A DNA stretch of 64,000 nt, from positions 132,184,001 through 132,248,000 of the forward strand of contig OX597819.1 in assembly GCA_951406725.2 (NCBI GenBank), written 5' to 3'. The notes beneath the pieces were generated by a model that was not told the DNA's origin, made no database searches, and saw nothing but the letters and a program-made list of their open reading frames with translations. Below, in pieces: positions 27,244-38,897 of the stretch; the stretch's first letter is position 1; every line of letters begins with the position of its first letter. A program made the position numbers and the translations under genes. This DNA is from Octopus vulgaris (Eukaryota).

Positions 27244-28946
27244 TTAAAGGGGTTGAATTGCCACAAAGAAAAACAACAACATAAAAAATGACATAAAACT
27301 GGCTAAAACATCCACATTGTAATGTAAATACAGTCTTAACATTTTTAAAACCTGAAAACATAATTAAGACGAATTGCAAACCAATGGAATAGCCTATCCC
27401 CTTAACCATCCGGCATTAATCATCTTATGATGGGGGAACAAGTCCTGGTAGATTTATAACTTTTAGATATAAACTTCAATTATAGAAAATGTATTTAAAT
27501 CTAAAAGTGACTGAAATGAATATCCATAGCAACATAGCAACAGCATATGCTGCCAAGAAAGGAGCATGAGCACAGACTTAGCATTTTGATATGAGCCTGC
27601 CTGAAGCCATCCTTCTTCATCATCATCATCGTTTAATGTCCGCTTTCCATGCTAGCATGGGTTGGGCGGTTTGACTGAGGTCTGGCGAACCAGATGGCTG
27701 CACCAGGCTCCAATCTTGATCTGGCAGAGTTTCTACAACTGCATGCCTTTCCTAACACCAACCACTCCGAGAGAGTAGTGGATGCTTTTTACGTGCCACC
27801 GGCACGGGGGCCAGTGTGGCAACATTGGTAACGATCATGCTCGAATGGTGCCCTTTTACGTGCCACTGGCACGGAAGCCAGTTGGCTGCTCTGGCAACGA
27901 TCACGCTTGGATGGTTGTATTATATTAATTCCTTGTTTTTATGGTGATTGACTTCAAAATAAGGTATCAAAATTCTATGTTAATTCTGAACAAATGCATG
28001 ATTTACAAAATTCTTCATTATTTCTGAAGTTAATTGAAATAAAGCTGCCGAAGCACAAGCGTGGCTGTGTGGTAAGAAGTTTGCTTCCCAACCACATGGT
28101 TCCAGGGTCAGTCCCACTGCATGGCACCTTGGGCAAGTGGTTTTTACTACAGCTTTGGGCTGACCGAAACTTTGTGAGTGGATTTGGTAGACAGAAACTG
28201 AAAGAAGCCCGTCATATGTGTGTGTATATTTAAGCCTGCATTTGCACCCCTCACTTCACAACTGGTGTAGTCATGTTATGTCCCTGTAACTTAGCAGTTT
28301 GGCAAAAGGGGTTGATAGAATAAGTACCAGACTTTAAAACATGTCCTGGGGTCAATTTGCTTGATTAAAATTTTCCAAGGCAGTGCTCCAGCTTGGTCGC
28401 AGTGTAATGGCTGAAACAAGTTAAAGATAAAAAAATAGGCAATATGTTTCAACATAAATAGGGAAAAGGTGAATGGCTATCCCCTGCCAAAATGGTAAAT
28501 GATAATGAAGCTATGAGCAGAAGTCCATAATTACTCCCTAACGAATGTCATATTAGACACATCAACATAGAATAAGGACAATCTATCCAAAAACTGCAAA
28601 ACATTTCTCTCAATCGTTTGACAGACCTGAACTAGAAATTCTTCTGAATTTTCTCACTCTTGCAGTCCCCTAACCCTGACCCCAAACAACACATAAAACA
28701 TTTAACTAAAATATTCCTAATGTACACTCTCGGAGTGGTTGGCGTTAGGAAGGGCATCCAGCTGTAGAAACACTGCCACATCTGACTGGCCTGGTGCAGC
28801 CTTCGGGCTTCCCAGACCCCAGTTGAACCGTCCAACCCATGCTAGCATGGAAAGCGGACGTTAAACGATGATGATGATGATGATGTAAACTTGTTTATCC
28901 ATTTGCATCATTAATCTGCAACACTTCCCAAAAACTATAACAGCTT

Positions 28947-29318
28947 CATTACCTCTGCCAAGGAAGGAGGTTGTGTTTTCATTGGCATTGGTTTGTCCGT
29001 CTGTGTGCAAAAAAAGTTGTGAATGGTTTTTGATGAAACTTGCAGGAAAAGTTGAATAGAACACAAGGAACGCATGATAAAATTTTGGTAGTGATCCGGG
29101 AATTTTTATGGATTCTTGAAAGATTTTTCATTTGTTATATTTACTTTACATGAAGTATTTACAATGTTACGTTCTTTGATTATCTACCTTGAAAACACGT
29201 TCATCGTTTCCACATAACCTATGGTGACGTTGCTGTTTCCAAAGTTTATTTTCGCTTCTCTATTAGTAATTTTACTCTTGTATCTATTTTAAAATGAGCT
29301 GCTTGGCGGAGGTCTGTG
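28947..29318 (+). mobile_element. Helentron-associated (HINE/DINE-1-like) non-autonomous element; a second 3' end lies at 30163-30206
   Basis: Subterminal IR ttacctctgccaag...cttggcggaggt, early gtttgtccgtctgt microsatellite, and terminal cttggcagaggtctgcgctctctcagtgtgtttctagtt at 30168-30206. Confidence 0.65.
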
Positions 29319-29409
29319 GAGGATGACATGACAAGCCTTGACTATTGGGATCGAATAAAAAATCTGTCTTTGCTCCCTCCACCACCACTGTGAGCTCTAT
29401 ATCATCAGA

Positions 29410-29768
29410 TGATGGCACGTTAAGCACACCATTCGAGCATGATCGTTACCGCGTCGCCTAACTAGCACTTGTGCTGGTGGCACGTGAAACATTCGAGCGG
29501 AGGCATCGCCAGTGCCGCTGGACTGGCTCCTGTGCAGGTGGCACGTAAAAAGCACCATTTGGGCGTGGCCATTGCCAGTACCACCAAACTGGCCCTCGTG
29601 CTGGTGGCACGTAAAAGCATTCACTACACTCTTGGAGTGGTTGGCGTTAGGAAGGGCATCCAGCTGTAGAAACTCTGCCAGATCAGATTGGAATCTGGTT
29701 AGCCAGACCTCAGTCAAATCGTCCAACCCATGCTAGCATGGAAAACGGATGTTAAATGATGATGATGT
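29410..29768 (+). mobile_element. (GAT)n-tailed SINE-like repeat with gttggcgttaggaagggcatccag core, representative copy; many copies in both orientations (1240-1445, 11263-11485, 12050-12420, 16640-17020, 18945-19118, 21813-22135, 27618-27915, 28725-28885, 30605-30838, 44575-44777)
   Basis: Shared core and tail ccaacccatgctagcatggaaaacggacgttaaa(tga)n. The core resembles the MetaSINE domain (from memory, unverified). Confidence 0.75.
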
Positions 29769-29769
29769 G

Positions 29770-30045
29770 GAAAATATTCCATCAACATTGCCCATCTTTA
29801 AAATTCGTCCGAGGCTTGGCCCCCCGTGCCATCTGTCCACTACAGAATGTTCGTGTCGTATCACAACACTATGACAGAACTATTTCACCTCAATTGGCCC
29901 TGCTTTCTTCAACATCGTGCCAGGAGGAAAGTGACTTCACGGCATTCAAACGATCCCTAGATGATTACCCCAACAAATACCCGATAAACCACCCACACCC
30001 AGATATGTCTCTGCAAACAAGAACCCTCTGCTTGAATGGGCTACG
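29770..30045 (+). mobile_element. CR1-like LINE 3' fragment
   Basis: Remnants NYFTSIGPAFFNIVP, FKRSLD and QQIPDKP...YVSANKNPLLEW across frameshifts. Confidence 0.55.
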
Positions 30046-30210
30046 GTTAAAGGTTTTTTTTTTTTTAAATCATATGGCTGTGTTATTTTTGTTTGATGTT
30101 TTTGCTGGCGTTGGTTTGGGAAATTGGGTGATTTTCTGCATGCATGTCTATGGGTGGGAAATAAGCTGCTTGGCAGAGGTCTGCGCTCTCTCAGTGTGTT
30201 TCTAGTTTAT

Positions 30211-30519
30211 ACATTATTTACATTCGACGGATATTTGTCCTCATCTTGTTTGTTGTTAACACAACGTTTCAGCTGATATACCCTCCAGCCTTCATCAGGT
30301 GTCTTGGGGGAATTTCGAACCTGGGTTCTCATTCCTAAGGTATTTTTCAATGTTGTTCTTGTTATTATTATTATTATTATCATTATTATTGGGTTCCAGC
30401 CTTGTACCTATGGTAGACAGGATTATTATTATTATTATTCAGGTTACTGCCTGGAATCGAACTGGGGACCTTGGGGTTAGTAGCCCTCGCTCTTAACCAC
30501 TACACCATATGCCTACTGT
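30211..30519 (-). mobile_element. Second copy of the tRNA/HHR SINE (inverted arm plus actgta terminus)
   Basis: Near-identical to the left arm at 14276; HHR retains the ACGT stem III. Confidence 0.85.
30258..30303 (-). ncRNA. Minimal type I hammerhead ribozyme motif
   Basis: Minus strand GACAC-CTGATGA-A-GGCTG(gagggtatat)CAGCT-GAAA-CG-T-T-GTGTT: stem I GACAC/GTGTT, stem II GGCTG/CAGCT, palindromic ACGT stem III. Confidence 0.75.
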
Positions 30520-30881
30520 ACCTAATTTGAAGTAGTTATAGTTAGGAATAAAAAATATCAATATATCTGTGGAATTCAATAAGTTTGACTAAACCTGTCT
30601 TTTTCCTTTTGAGTGTTGGGCCCCATGAAGGCAATAACTGAGACCTTTGGCATTATGTTGTGCTTGAGAAGAAGACCCAACCAGCCAAGTAAGATCACAG
30701 CCGTGGCATTAGGAAGGGCATCCAGCCATAGAAACCATGCTATATCAGACTGGAGTCTGGTGCAGCCTTCAAGCTTGCCAGCCCTGGTCAAACTGCAATC
30801 CATGCCAGCATGGACAACGGACAGTAAATGACGATGATGTATCAGTCATTAAGAAAATTAAATTCACATGAAGATAAATAA

Positions 30882-30920
<39 letters not shown>

Positions 30921-31255
30921 AAATTAGGACACACAGAGTTGTGAATCTGGAATTGGGAACTATATACAGCTGTGAGTATTCTGGGAGTTAGAAGATATGT
31001 ATCTATCTTTCTACCTATCTCTCTATCTACATATCTGCTTGTCTACCTGTCTAGCTATCTTTCTACCTATATCTATCTACCTGCCTACCTGTTGTTGTGA
31101 ATATTTCAGAAATTCAAGACTATATTCCACGACTAAACGTAATGGGAAGATGAATGTGTTTCTCTGAAGTGATGTCACACATTCAAAATGGTTGTGCCAC
31201 TTGTTCAGGTTACCATATTTTATTTAAATTATATTTGGTGGTAATTCAAGTTAAT

Positions 31256-31319
<64 letters not shown>

Positions 31320-31377
31320 ATGATTATGTCTCAGTATGTGTGTGATGGGTGTGTGTGTGTGCGTGTCTGTATGTATG

Positions 31378-31418
<41 letters not shown>

Positions 31419-32099
31419 TATTATATTTCTCAATATTGATCTGGCCAACAATATCTATATATTTACAAGTTGGTGAGAAAAAGGCAACATAAAAGAGGAA
31501 AATTATAACGATTTCGTTTTGGCCTCTGTGTGTGTGTGTGTGTGTGCATTATATATGTGTATGCATCTGTATACACACACACACACACATATATGAATCT
31601 TGTGTTTGTAAATGATACGTGCACTCTTTGTGTGTATCTGTGTGTTAGATGATGCAGTCTTGGCTGTGTTATGAAGTTTGTTTGACATGCATGGGGCTTT
31701 AGGTTCAATCTCATTGCACATCACTTAAGGCAAGAAAGAGTCTTGTATATGCAGGCCAACCAATGCCATAAGTGGATTTGGGTTAAGCAGAAACTGAGCA
31801 ATACCGGTCACCCACCCCGTGTGTGTTTGTGCACACTCGAATACATGTGTGTATGCTGTGCATAAATACTTATGCATACACATGCACACTGACACATGCA
31901 TACGTATATATATACACCCAAACATTCTATAATTATAAGCATAATTATAATCAGGGGTCAGCTAATTGCTTCGCCACGCACTGAATTTAGAAATAGCAGT
32001 TAAAATACCATTCCGCTACCATAAATATCTCCCGGACAGTAACACTTTTTTTTAACGTAGGCAAAGAGAAAAAATAACGAATCCACACAACTTAAATTA

Positions 32100-32158
32100 G
32101 CCACATATGCGTTTCAGGATTAAAGTTATATTTACTTATTTCAGCTCATCAGTACAGC
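32100..32158 (-). ncRNA. Degenerate minimal hammerhead-like motif
   Basis: Minus strand gctgta CTGATGA gctgaaat...atcct GAAA CGCA TA tgtggc; stem I pairs with G-U wobbles, stem II is poor. Confidence 0.4.
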
Positions 32159-32272
32159 ATTTCAAATATAAATTTGAGTGTGTTAGAATTAAATGTGTAT
32201 GCGATCAAGCGTCATCGCATAACTGGTATTTAACCAGCACTTAATTAATTTTACCCTTTTATTATTATCATT

Positions 32273-32760
32273 CTATGTTTGACTTTTGCTTTGCCTTTGC
32301 ACAAGTTGGCTCCAAGTCTCACCCAGAGACCTCAAGAGACAACAAGTTGGAAGTTCATGTTGGTGTTATGCCTAGGGAGCCATATATTTGGTTTTGTACT
32401 TAAGTGTTGTACTAGTGAATGTCTAAAAAAACCATACGAAAATTATGTTTGTTTTAAAACTTGACATTACATAGAAAGTATTTTGCGTAGGATATGAGCA
32501 GTTCCCATGAACACTATCTTTTGAATTTCTGCCATTTTGGGGTTTCCTGGTATCTGAGTTAGGTAGCAATCAGCCCCTTTTGCTATCATTCCCAGGGCAC
32601 CTATGACAACAGGTATTGTTTTAGTCTTCAGCTTCCACATTTTGCTGATTTCTATTTCCAGATCTTTATATTTGCTCAGTTTCTGATAGGTCTTGACAGA
32701 TACGTTTATATTGATTGGGACAGTCATATCAATGAGAAGGCATGTTCTTTGTCATATCAA
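32273..32760 (-). mobile_element. R4/Dong-like non-LTR 3' fragment (REL endonuclease C-terminus plus 3'UTR)
   Basis: ORF 32467-32727 (ID)MTVP...KLSKYKDLEIEISKMWKLKTKTIPVVIGALG...GTAHILRKILSM; flanked by ATT repeats. Confidence 0.8.
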
Positions 32761-33484
32761 TGAGGAAGCATATTTATTATTATTATTATGATAATATATA
32801 TATGTATATATAGATATGTATATATACATACATGCCAACATATGCATCTCTGTATATAAACGCCTATGTACACCCATTCATATGCTTCTGTCACTCTATG
32901 AGTTCTGGTCAGTGGTAGGATTGTTTGTTTTCACATAGGAACCCTTGCAGCTCTGTGGTTAAGAGTTTTAATCAATGTTTCTATTTATAAATTTTGGCTC
33001 AGGTTGGTCTGTACAGTTTGTGAGTTGCTCGTAGTTTCTGGTGTCTAGTTTATTAGTGTTTATCATTTTTAATTGTCTGATTATTTCTGGTTTAATTAAG
33101 CTGCATATGTTACGTTTGGAATATGCGTGTTTATGATTTGGGAAGAGTGTTTTGAAAAAACATCAGGAGCAGCATTTGATTGATTCTCTCTTAAAACTGT
33201 TTGGCATCAACGGAAGGCAGGGATCCTGTTGAAACCACAAAGACATCCGCTGGGCAGTGGATGAAGGAGATTCTCCAGTTGTGTCAACTTGGAGGTTGTT
33301 AATGGTTAGTGGTTTGTTTAGATGTTGTTTACTTTGTTTGGTATGGTTTACAGTGAGGTAAACAGGTTTTAGGTCATTTCTGATCCTAATTGGGGTTAGT
33401 TCTATAACTAATTTAATTTTATGTCAATATGAGATATATTTGCATACATGTGCATTCGTTGTCTGTTTTAAGGTATAATACAGA

Positions 33485-34430
33485 TTATTCAAGGAATCCA
33501 TCTTCAGTTTTGATAACTGCTTTGATGTAGGATGATGGCACTAAATGGTCCTTATTCATTTTGGACATCCCTTAGACAAGGGTGGCCTTCAGTGAAGCTA
33601 AGGGTATTGTGGGAATGCTGATAAGTTTCTTTTTTGACAATGCTCCAAATGGGCAAGTTTGGAGGCCACTAGTTTGGTGTTAGCTGATCCTGAAGATTGT
33701 CTGATAGCCATTCTTGTGTCACATGGCCTTTGAGAGAAGTTGCTGAGCCTGGTTGAAGCCTGTATGGCTTTCCATTGTCTACTTCATCTGTCCACGGCTT
33801 CATGCCTGTCTCTCTGATCCTTCAATAACTGTAATTCTAAGACCCTGTGGTAAGATGTGGTGGAGCATGATGTCACCACTCATAAAAAAAAAAAAACTTG
33901 CTGGAAACTTGGTGTGCATCACTTTCAGAATTCCAGAAGAATCTTCCCGAAACCATCTGTCCTTTCTCCTATTAGACTTGGTTGAAGTTTTTCTCATCAG
34001 TTAAAAACCAAAGCATGCCATGTTTGTGAAGGTTTTTAACTTTAAGGAACGGCTTTGTAAAGACACAGGAAGCTGTTTGACCTGTGTCAACATGAACTGA
34101 CCTCTCCCCCAGTACATAGGATTTCTACTGAATGCCCTCCTGTACCACTCTGACTCTTGAAGTTCTTTGGCAATGGATCTCATTGACTTTTTGGGGATCA
34201 CCGATGATGTCTTGAACCTGTTGGATGGATTCTGATGTCTTTAGAATGTCTGAACATTTAGAAGGTTTCTTTTTTTTTCTCTTTGACACAATAGAAGCAT
34301 TCCTGCCAAAAACTTCCAATTCCATCCGAACTTCGTATAAAAAAAAAAAAAAAGAAAGAAAAAAAGAATCTGGCAACATTTGGCAATTTCTAAATTGCTG
34401 CGTCCTGCACTCATAGCAAAAATAATTCTC
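33485..34430 (-). mobile_element. Older copy of the same maT-like transposon family
   Basis: MHTKFPAS...ILPQGLRITVIE and KCSDILKTSESIQQVQDII parallel the 57.6-kb copy. Confidence 0.7.
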
Positions 34431-34950
34431 ATGTCTTTTCCTTTCTTGTGTTTGTATCTTATTTGTCATGAGGGATGTGAAAGAAATAAAAACCCTTTCA
34501 TTGGTTTGAAGAGAGTAATGTATATTGATAATCAAGTCACCTGAAATACCCCCTGACCCCCCCCCCCCCATGTGTGTGCATATGTTTGTGCATGTATATG
34601 AGTGTGTGTGTGTGTATTTACACCCACACACACGTACAAGTGGCCTATTGGGTATGTTGTTAGCACATCCAATAGATTGCCTGGTGTTCGTCATTCTAGC
34701 TCTCTGCTCTTTGACATTCTTGTTCAGCTCTGTTCAACATTGTTGCCATCATTTTCTGATATATAAATCACCATTCCTGCCCTGGGCTCTTTGTTGTTGT
34801 TAATGTTGTTTTCTGTTTGGAAGATCTTGGCTGCAGTCAGATGTGCTAAGAAATGGAATCTGTCAGCTATACACAAATGCCCTTCGTGCACTTCATCATA
34901 TAAAAACACTCCTATAACCTCAGAGTTGGTGACTCAAGGATCTCTCTCTA

Positions 34951-35005
<55 letters not shown>

Positions 35006-35742
35006 GTCTTTCTCTCTCTCTATGTCTTTCTCTCTCTCTATGTCTTTCTCTCTCTCTATGTCTTTCTCTCTCTCTTTCTCCACGCACACACACACACACA
35101 CATTAGGTTTGCTACCATTTCCTTCTTCCAAATCTCTCTCAATGCATTGGTGATCCCATGATTAGAAGACACTCATCTAAACAGTGCCGTGCGTTGGGAA
35201 AGAACTTCAAAGCATACGGTCTCAAACTGATTTCTGTTCCTACACAGACAGGCATTCATTTCTTATGTATAGAAGTGTGAGAGAGAGAGAGTAAATATCC
35301 TTTTAAGATTATGCCTTTGGTGAGAGAGGAATGTAAAAAGCATTACTGTGGCCCTGTTGAGGATTTTGTATCAAACCCATGGATGGATTGGAGCCCCTCT
35401 TTAATAACTGGGCCCTAGTGGCCCAGTTATTTACTGTTTTAAAATTGTGGTCATGTGTGTCTCTGGTTTTTCACTTAATAAGCCTTGTGTGACATTAAAA
35501 AGATAAATGGTAAATTCCTGCTCAGAATGGAAGTCATTTTTAGATACGATGCCAATTTTTCACTGCTAGGCGAATGTAAGGAGTGCTGGAGCCGACTCAA
35601 AGAATCTGAAAAAAAAAAAATGTCACATTTTGATTACTGTTTGTTGACTTTCAACCATTTGGCTCTTTCATGTGCAGTGTGTTTGTTTTCATCTTGTGTA
35701 CACTAAACAACAACTTTATAGCTTGTAATTATTTCTCATTTA

Positions 35743-35777
<35 letters not shown>

Positions 35778-36167
35778 GGCATACACACAAGGGTGTATAT
35801 AATTATATATAGACAGAAGAATTTCTAGATGGATAAATAGATGCATACAGACACAAACATATACACACACACACGTGCATACACTTGCGCAGCCATACAT
35901 TAATGTTAGTAGGTTTGTGTGTGTTGTGTTGCAGTAAATCTTTCATGTTACTGAAATATTGTTGATAAACTCATAAATCAGCTTTTAGCTTTGAAAAGAA
36001 TCTAAATTGACACATATTCTTTGATAAAAAAAACACTTTACATATTGTTGCTTCAGTTTTGTTTAGATTTCTCTTTGTTGTTGTTGTTGTTGTTATTTTT
36101 ATTGTTGTTATTGTGTAATATTAAAAAAAAAAAAAAGCCATTTAAATTTTGTATAGAATCATCTTGA

Positions 36168-36202
36168 ATACTGATGAAGGTTTCCTGTTTGTCAATTTGT
36201 AG
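36168..36202 (+). promoter_or_regulatory. Branch-point-like motif, polypyrimidine tract and 3' splice site
   Basis: atactgat about 30 nt upstream of the AG, followed by tttcctgtttgtcaatttgtag. Confidence 0.6.
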
Positions 36203-36871
36203 GACTGCAACCAGTCCCAAAGGATGGTGCTGAAGAAAGTTCGAAAGTGTTAGCTGATATTATTGCCAAAGTTGTTCACGAAAAATTTGCTGACCTGACT
36301 GATAATTACTCCAGTCAGTATTCTCGCAGAAAAGTTCTTGCTGGTATCGTGATGACAACTGGGTCAGATGGTCAAGGGGCTTCTGTTATTGGAATTGGAA
36401 CTGGTACCAAATGTATTAATGGAGAGCATATGAGTGACAGAGGGTTTGGTGTGAATGATTGCCATGCCGAGATCATAGCCCGCCGCTGTTTCCTTCGCTA
36501 CATCTACGACCAGCTGGAGTTACATCTTTCTGACAACCCAGATGTACGTAATTCTTCGATATTTGAACTGCGAGAGAAAGGAGGTTATCAACTTAAAGAA
36601 AACATCCAGTTCCATCTATATATAAGCACTGCTCCTTGCGGTGATGCCCGCATCTTCTCTCCACATGGCCAGGATGTTGAAACAGGTGACAGACATCCAA
36701 ATCGCAAAGCTCGAGGTCAATTGAGAACCAAGATCGAGTCTGGAGAAGGAACAATTCCTGTCCGAACGTCTGGTGTTATCCAAACATGGGATGGTGTTTT
36801 GGAGGGTGAGCGTTTACTTACAATGTCTTGCAGTGACAAGATAGCAAGATGGAATGTCCTTGGAATTCAAG
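36203..36871 (+). CDS. ADAR2: ADAR2 (dsRNA-specific adenosine deaminase) penultimate coding exon, N-terminal two-thirds of the deaminase domain
   Basis: Acceptor tttgtAG at 36201-36202 and donor CAAG|gtaagg at 36872; phase 1 at both ends (669 nt). Translation GLQPVPKDGAEESSKVLADIIAK...RRKVLAGIVMT...GTGTKCINGE...NDCHAEIIARR...PCGDARIFSPH...DRHPNRKARGQLRTKIESGEGTIPV...TMSCSDKIARWNVLGIQG closely matches human ADAR2 (H394/E396/C451/C516, T375, R455, K483, E488). Confidence 0.97.
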
Positions 36872-38334
36872 GTAAGGGGTTCAATTCTTATCCGAATACA
36901 TTCTTTTTTATTTTCAATTTTCAGTCAATTAATGAAGAGTTGAATACTTTCCCCATAAAACTTCTATAGAAACTGATAGGGTCAGTTGAAGGTTTTGATA
37001 GACATTTTTTTTTTACTGCTGTATTAATCTAGTTTTGTTAATTATCTAATCTCTCTAACGAACCAACTTTCTCAAAATTATGGCAAAAAAATTTTTTTTT
37101 TGTGTCTTAGTGTTTTTATTAATTTTTAAAATTAATAACTTTGTCTCATTTAAAAAATTCTCTTTAAATGTAAATGTGCTTTTGGTTTGTAGGACTAGAA
37201 ATGTAGTTTAGCAACATAACTTATTAAATACCCATCCACTTTTGCATGCTACCTTACTTGGAAACAGGTGAAGGTTGGTGATAGGATGAGCATCCAGCCA
37301 TAGAAAATCTGTTTCCAGAAATTTCATCCAATACATGCAGGCATGGGAAAGTGGACATTAACCCTTTCAATGCCAACCCGGCTGAAACTGTCTCTGGCTC
37401 TGTAGTACAAATGTCTTCTTTTCATAAGTTTTCACTTAAAATCTTCCATCAAACCTTAATCACAATTTATGCTCCTAACACTAGCTTAATGATAACTGAG
37501 TTATTTTGCTAAGTTCTTTGTTATATTTAAAATTAATTGAAAGGAATGCAGAGCATCTCAAAATAAATACAGCAATAACAACGATGGTGTGGGGCATGGT
37601 TGGTTGTAAAACTGGGAGAGGATTAGCAACAAGTGAGGCATCCACTTGCAAAAGAAGGCCCGCATATGGCCCATGCTGGCATGGAAAAGAAATGAATGTG
37701 TGTGTGTGTACTTACACACATGTATGTAAACCCTCACACACTTGACACTAAAGTGTCTTTTGAGCAAGGTAAACTTTGGTCATTTATCAATCTCTATGAC
37801 AAATCTGGTCAGCCTCATCCAAGCCCTGACTTCAAAAGATCTGATGATTTAAAGGAATTTATCTTATTTTCATGAATGCCATTGGCAAAGCCAAATTTTT
37901 ATTGTTTTTTTCATTTCTTCTTAACCTTTTTATGAATCCAACTTGGCTGAGACCACCGTTGGGTCTATGATACAAACTTCTTGTTTTGAAGTGAACTAAA
38001 TTGAAATCTTCCATCAACATTTTGCTAATTTCTTGCAAACACTACCTTTGTATGGCAGTTATTTTATTAAATTCTTCATTATTTTACAAAATTAATTGAA
38101 ACAAAAAAATAAATTTCAACAGAAATATAGTAACAAAAAGCCGAAACTGAATGGATGATGTCATAACTGATATTAGATAACCTTTTCTACCAGTTTTTTT
38201 TTATATGCAGCTTTTCTCACTCACCAACCTTATATTAAATTTAGAAGTTTAAAAAAAATTTTTTTTTTATAATAGATACTGAAATTTTCAATTGTTTTGT
38301 TTATTAAATTAGTTTTGTATTTTTTGAATTTCAG
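36872..38334 (+). other. GT-AG intron (1463 nt) within the ADAR2 deaminase domain
   Basis: gtaagg donor, U-rich tract plus ttcag acceptor; phases of the flanking exons match; contains two MITE copies. Confidence 0.93.
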
Positions 38335-38897
38335 GGTCGTTGCTGAGCCATTTTATGAACCCCATATACCTCGAGAGTATTATTCTGGGTAGCTTATACC
38401 ACAGTGATCATTTATCACGAGCCATGTATTCCCGTATCTCTATAATAGAGAATCTTCCGGAACCTTTCCATTTAAACCGCCCTTTCCTCAGTGGTATCAG
38501 TAGTCCCGAGAGCCGGCAGCCTGGGAAAGCACCAAACTTTGGCATCAATTGGCGGAAAGAGGACGACACGTTTGAAGTGATTAATGCTATGACAGGTCGA
38601 GTTGAAGGTGGTAGTGTGTCGAGAATCTGCAAGCAAGCTTTATTCGGTCGCTTTATGAGTTTATATGGTAAGCTGTCTTCATTGACTGGTCAGTCTGTGA
38701 CCACTCGTCCAACCCATTACTCTGACGCCAAAGCTGCTGTAATGGAGTACCAGTTGGCCAAGCAATGTGTATTTCAAGCATTCCAGAAGGCTGGTCTTGG
38801 CAATTGGGTCCAGAAGCCAATAGAACAAGATCAATTTGAAATGTCCACTGAGGCGCCAGACATTCAAGTAAAGTCTTCAGGTGACGACTCTGCATAA
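38335..38897 (+). CDS. ADAR2: ADAR2 last coding exon, C-terminal deaminase domain to stop codon
   Basis: Acceptor tttcAG at 38333-38334 restores G|GG-TCG-TTG (GSLLS). It continues PIYLESIILGSLYHSDHLSRAMY...RQPGKAPNFGINW...SRICKQAL...GLGNWVQKPIEQDQF, matching the ADAR2 C-terminus. Stop TAA at 38895-38897. Confidence 0.97.

Noticed and set aside
35402-35433. Small hairpin taataactgggcc-ctagt-ggcccagttattta upstream of the exon
   Set aside because: A ~13-bp stem, probably a transposon fragment; no support for a function or for pairing with the exon.
36171-36185. CTGATGA next to the ADAR2 acceptor as a hammerhead core (likewise at about 143 and 26190)
   Set aside because: No stem II plus GAAA at a suitable distance; the 36171 motif is better explained as a branch point.
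36247-36249. GTG 'start' of the 240-aa ORF, and TTG at 38340
   Set aside because: Internal codons of spliced exons, not initiation sites.
36872-36969. ORF-track continuation KGFNSYPNTFFFIFNF... after IQG
   Set aside because: Read-through into the intron; ADAR2 similarity stops at a canonical gtaagg donor and resumes at 38335.
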